Under the pieces are notes generated by a model. That model did not search any database and was not told the origin of the DNA. It worked only from the letters and a program-made list of their open reading frames with translations. A DNA stretch of 63,977 bases, the filler included, from Choristocarpus tenellus KU-1152 (taxonomy: Eukaryota; Protista; Phaeophyceae): NCBI GenBank assembly GCA_964200185.2. It is 8 parts of 8 records of this genome, joined end to end, with 100 filler letters (N's around TTAATTAATTAA, not from the genome) between each part and the next. Parts side by side here need not be neighbours in the genome. Positions count along the whole stretch, not along the records: positions 58,918 to 63,977 come from CAXNAD020012002.1; 7 more parts are not named here. One strand, given 5' to 3'. Numbering within the stretch: position 1 is the stretch's first letter; each line of letters begins with the position of its first letter. This document shows positions 63,338 to 63,977 of the stretch, piece after piece. The translations under genes and the position numbers were made by a program.

Positions 63338-63977
63338 TAAAACAGTATACAGATTGATGCTTTTTGTGAAGAATGGATGCAATACAAGGAACTTGTACCA
63401 TGGGGGGATATCACGGTATCTGTATTGGTGAAAAAGGCAAAGGGGAGAGACTTAATGTAGAGATTTTGAGCATTTTCGACAGGAAAAGAGAGATTTTTCA
63501 GGATCTCATTAAGAACAGGTTAATTCACAGATCGTTAATAACACCTAGCAGAGCAAGCCGTGTCAAGAATAGCAGAAGGTATTGCGCAACACTGTGATGC
63601 AAACAAACATGAATAACATGTAAGCTACACAATTTCTTCACACACCGGTACCCACATTTCACCTTGGCAAAGGTAAACCAATCGTGAACAAAAGAATTGC
63701 GCTAATGTGAAGACATCATACTTGACATCAAGTCCTGATCCTAAATAAAGTGCTCATCATTCATGTAGCTCGTGTTATCAACTGTTCAAGATCTCATCAT
63801 TAACTACCAACAACATTTTAGTCCGCCCATGGTACATCCACGAAGCCATTTCCACAATATAAAATGTTGGACTCTCAATTATGCCCCCCCCCTCCCACCT
63901 CCACCAATGTCACACCCCTATTCCACGACAGTTCCTCAGCATATTGCACCTACAGAGACCAATCCAGCACTTGAAAT

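Overview
This is eukaryotic nuclear DNA of moderate GC. A brown alga or related ochrophyte is likely (spliceosomal introns including GC donors, interstitial TTAGGG repeats), but that is inference. The window is not contiguous. It is 8 assembly contigs joined by artificial N44-TTAATTAATTAA-N44 linkers: 1-4157, 4258-10715, 10816-13682, 13783-19235, 19336-23741, 23842-51788, 51889-58817 and 58918-63977. Intact-looking host genes are a dual-specificity phosphatase (5 exons), an LRR protein (3+ exons), the C-terminus of an SbcC/Rad50-type ABC ATPase, and the C-terminus of an RRM-RGG protein. Transposon debris is abundant: two copia fragments, two DD39D mariner fragments, a hAT fragment, and several related ~260-bp MITE families with 4-bp TSDs. 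Main finding: roughly half of the window, which looks like ORF-poor junk, consists of about 16 heavily decayed, mutually divergent copies of a Strawberry notch (SBNO)-type helicase gene. They lie on both strands in 7 of the 8 contigs, keep the SBNO motifs in colinear order, and some retain intron signals. SBNO is normally a 1-2 copy gene, so this looks like an undescribed mass amplification, possibly by a mobile element. Also notable are a spliced ParB-like/HTH pseudogene and a bacterial-type nadA fragment inside an intron. All protein assignments are by-eye motif matches to recalled family sequences and need HMM or tblastn confirmation.
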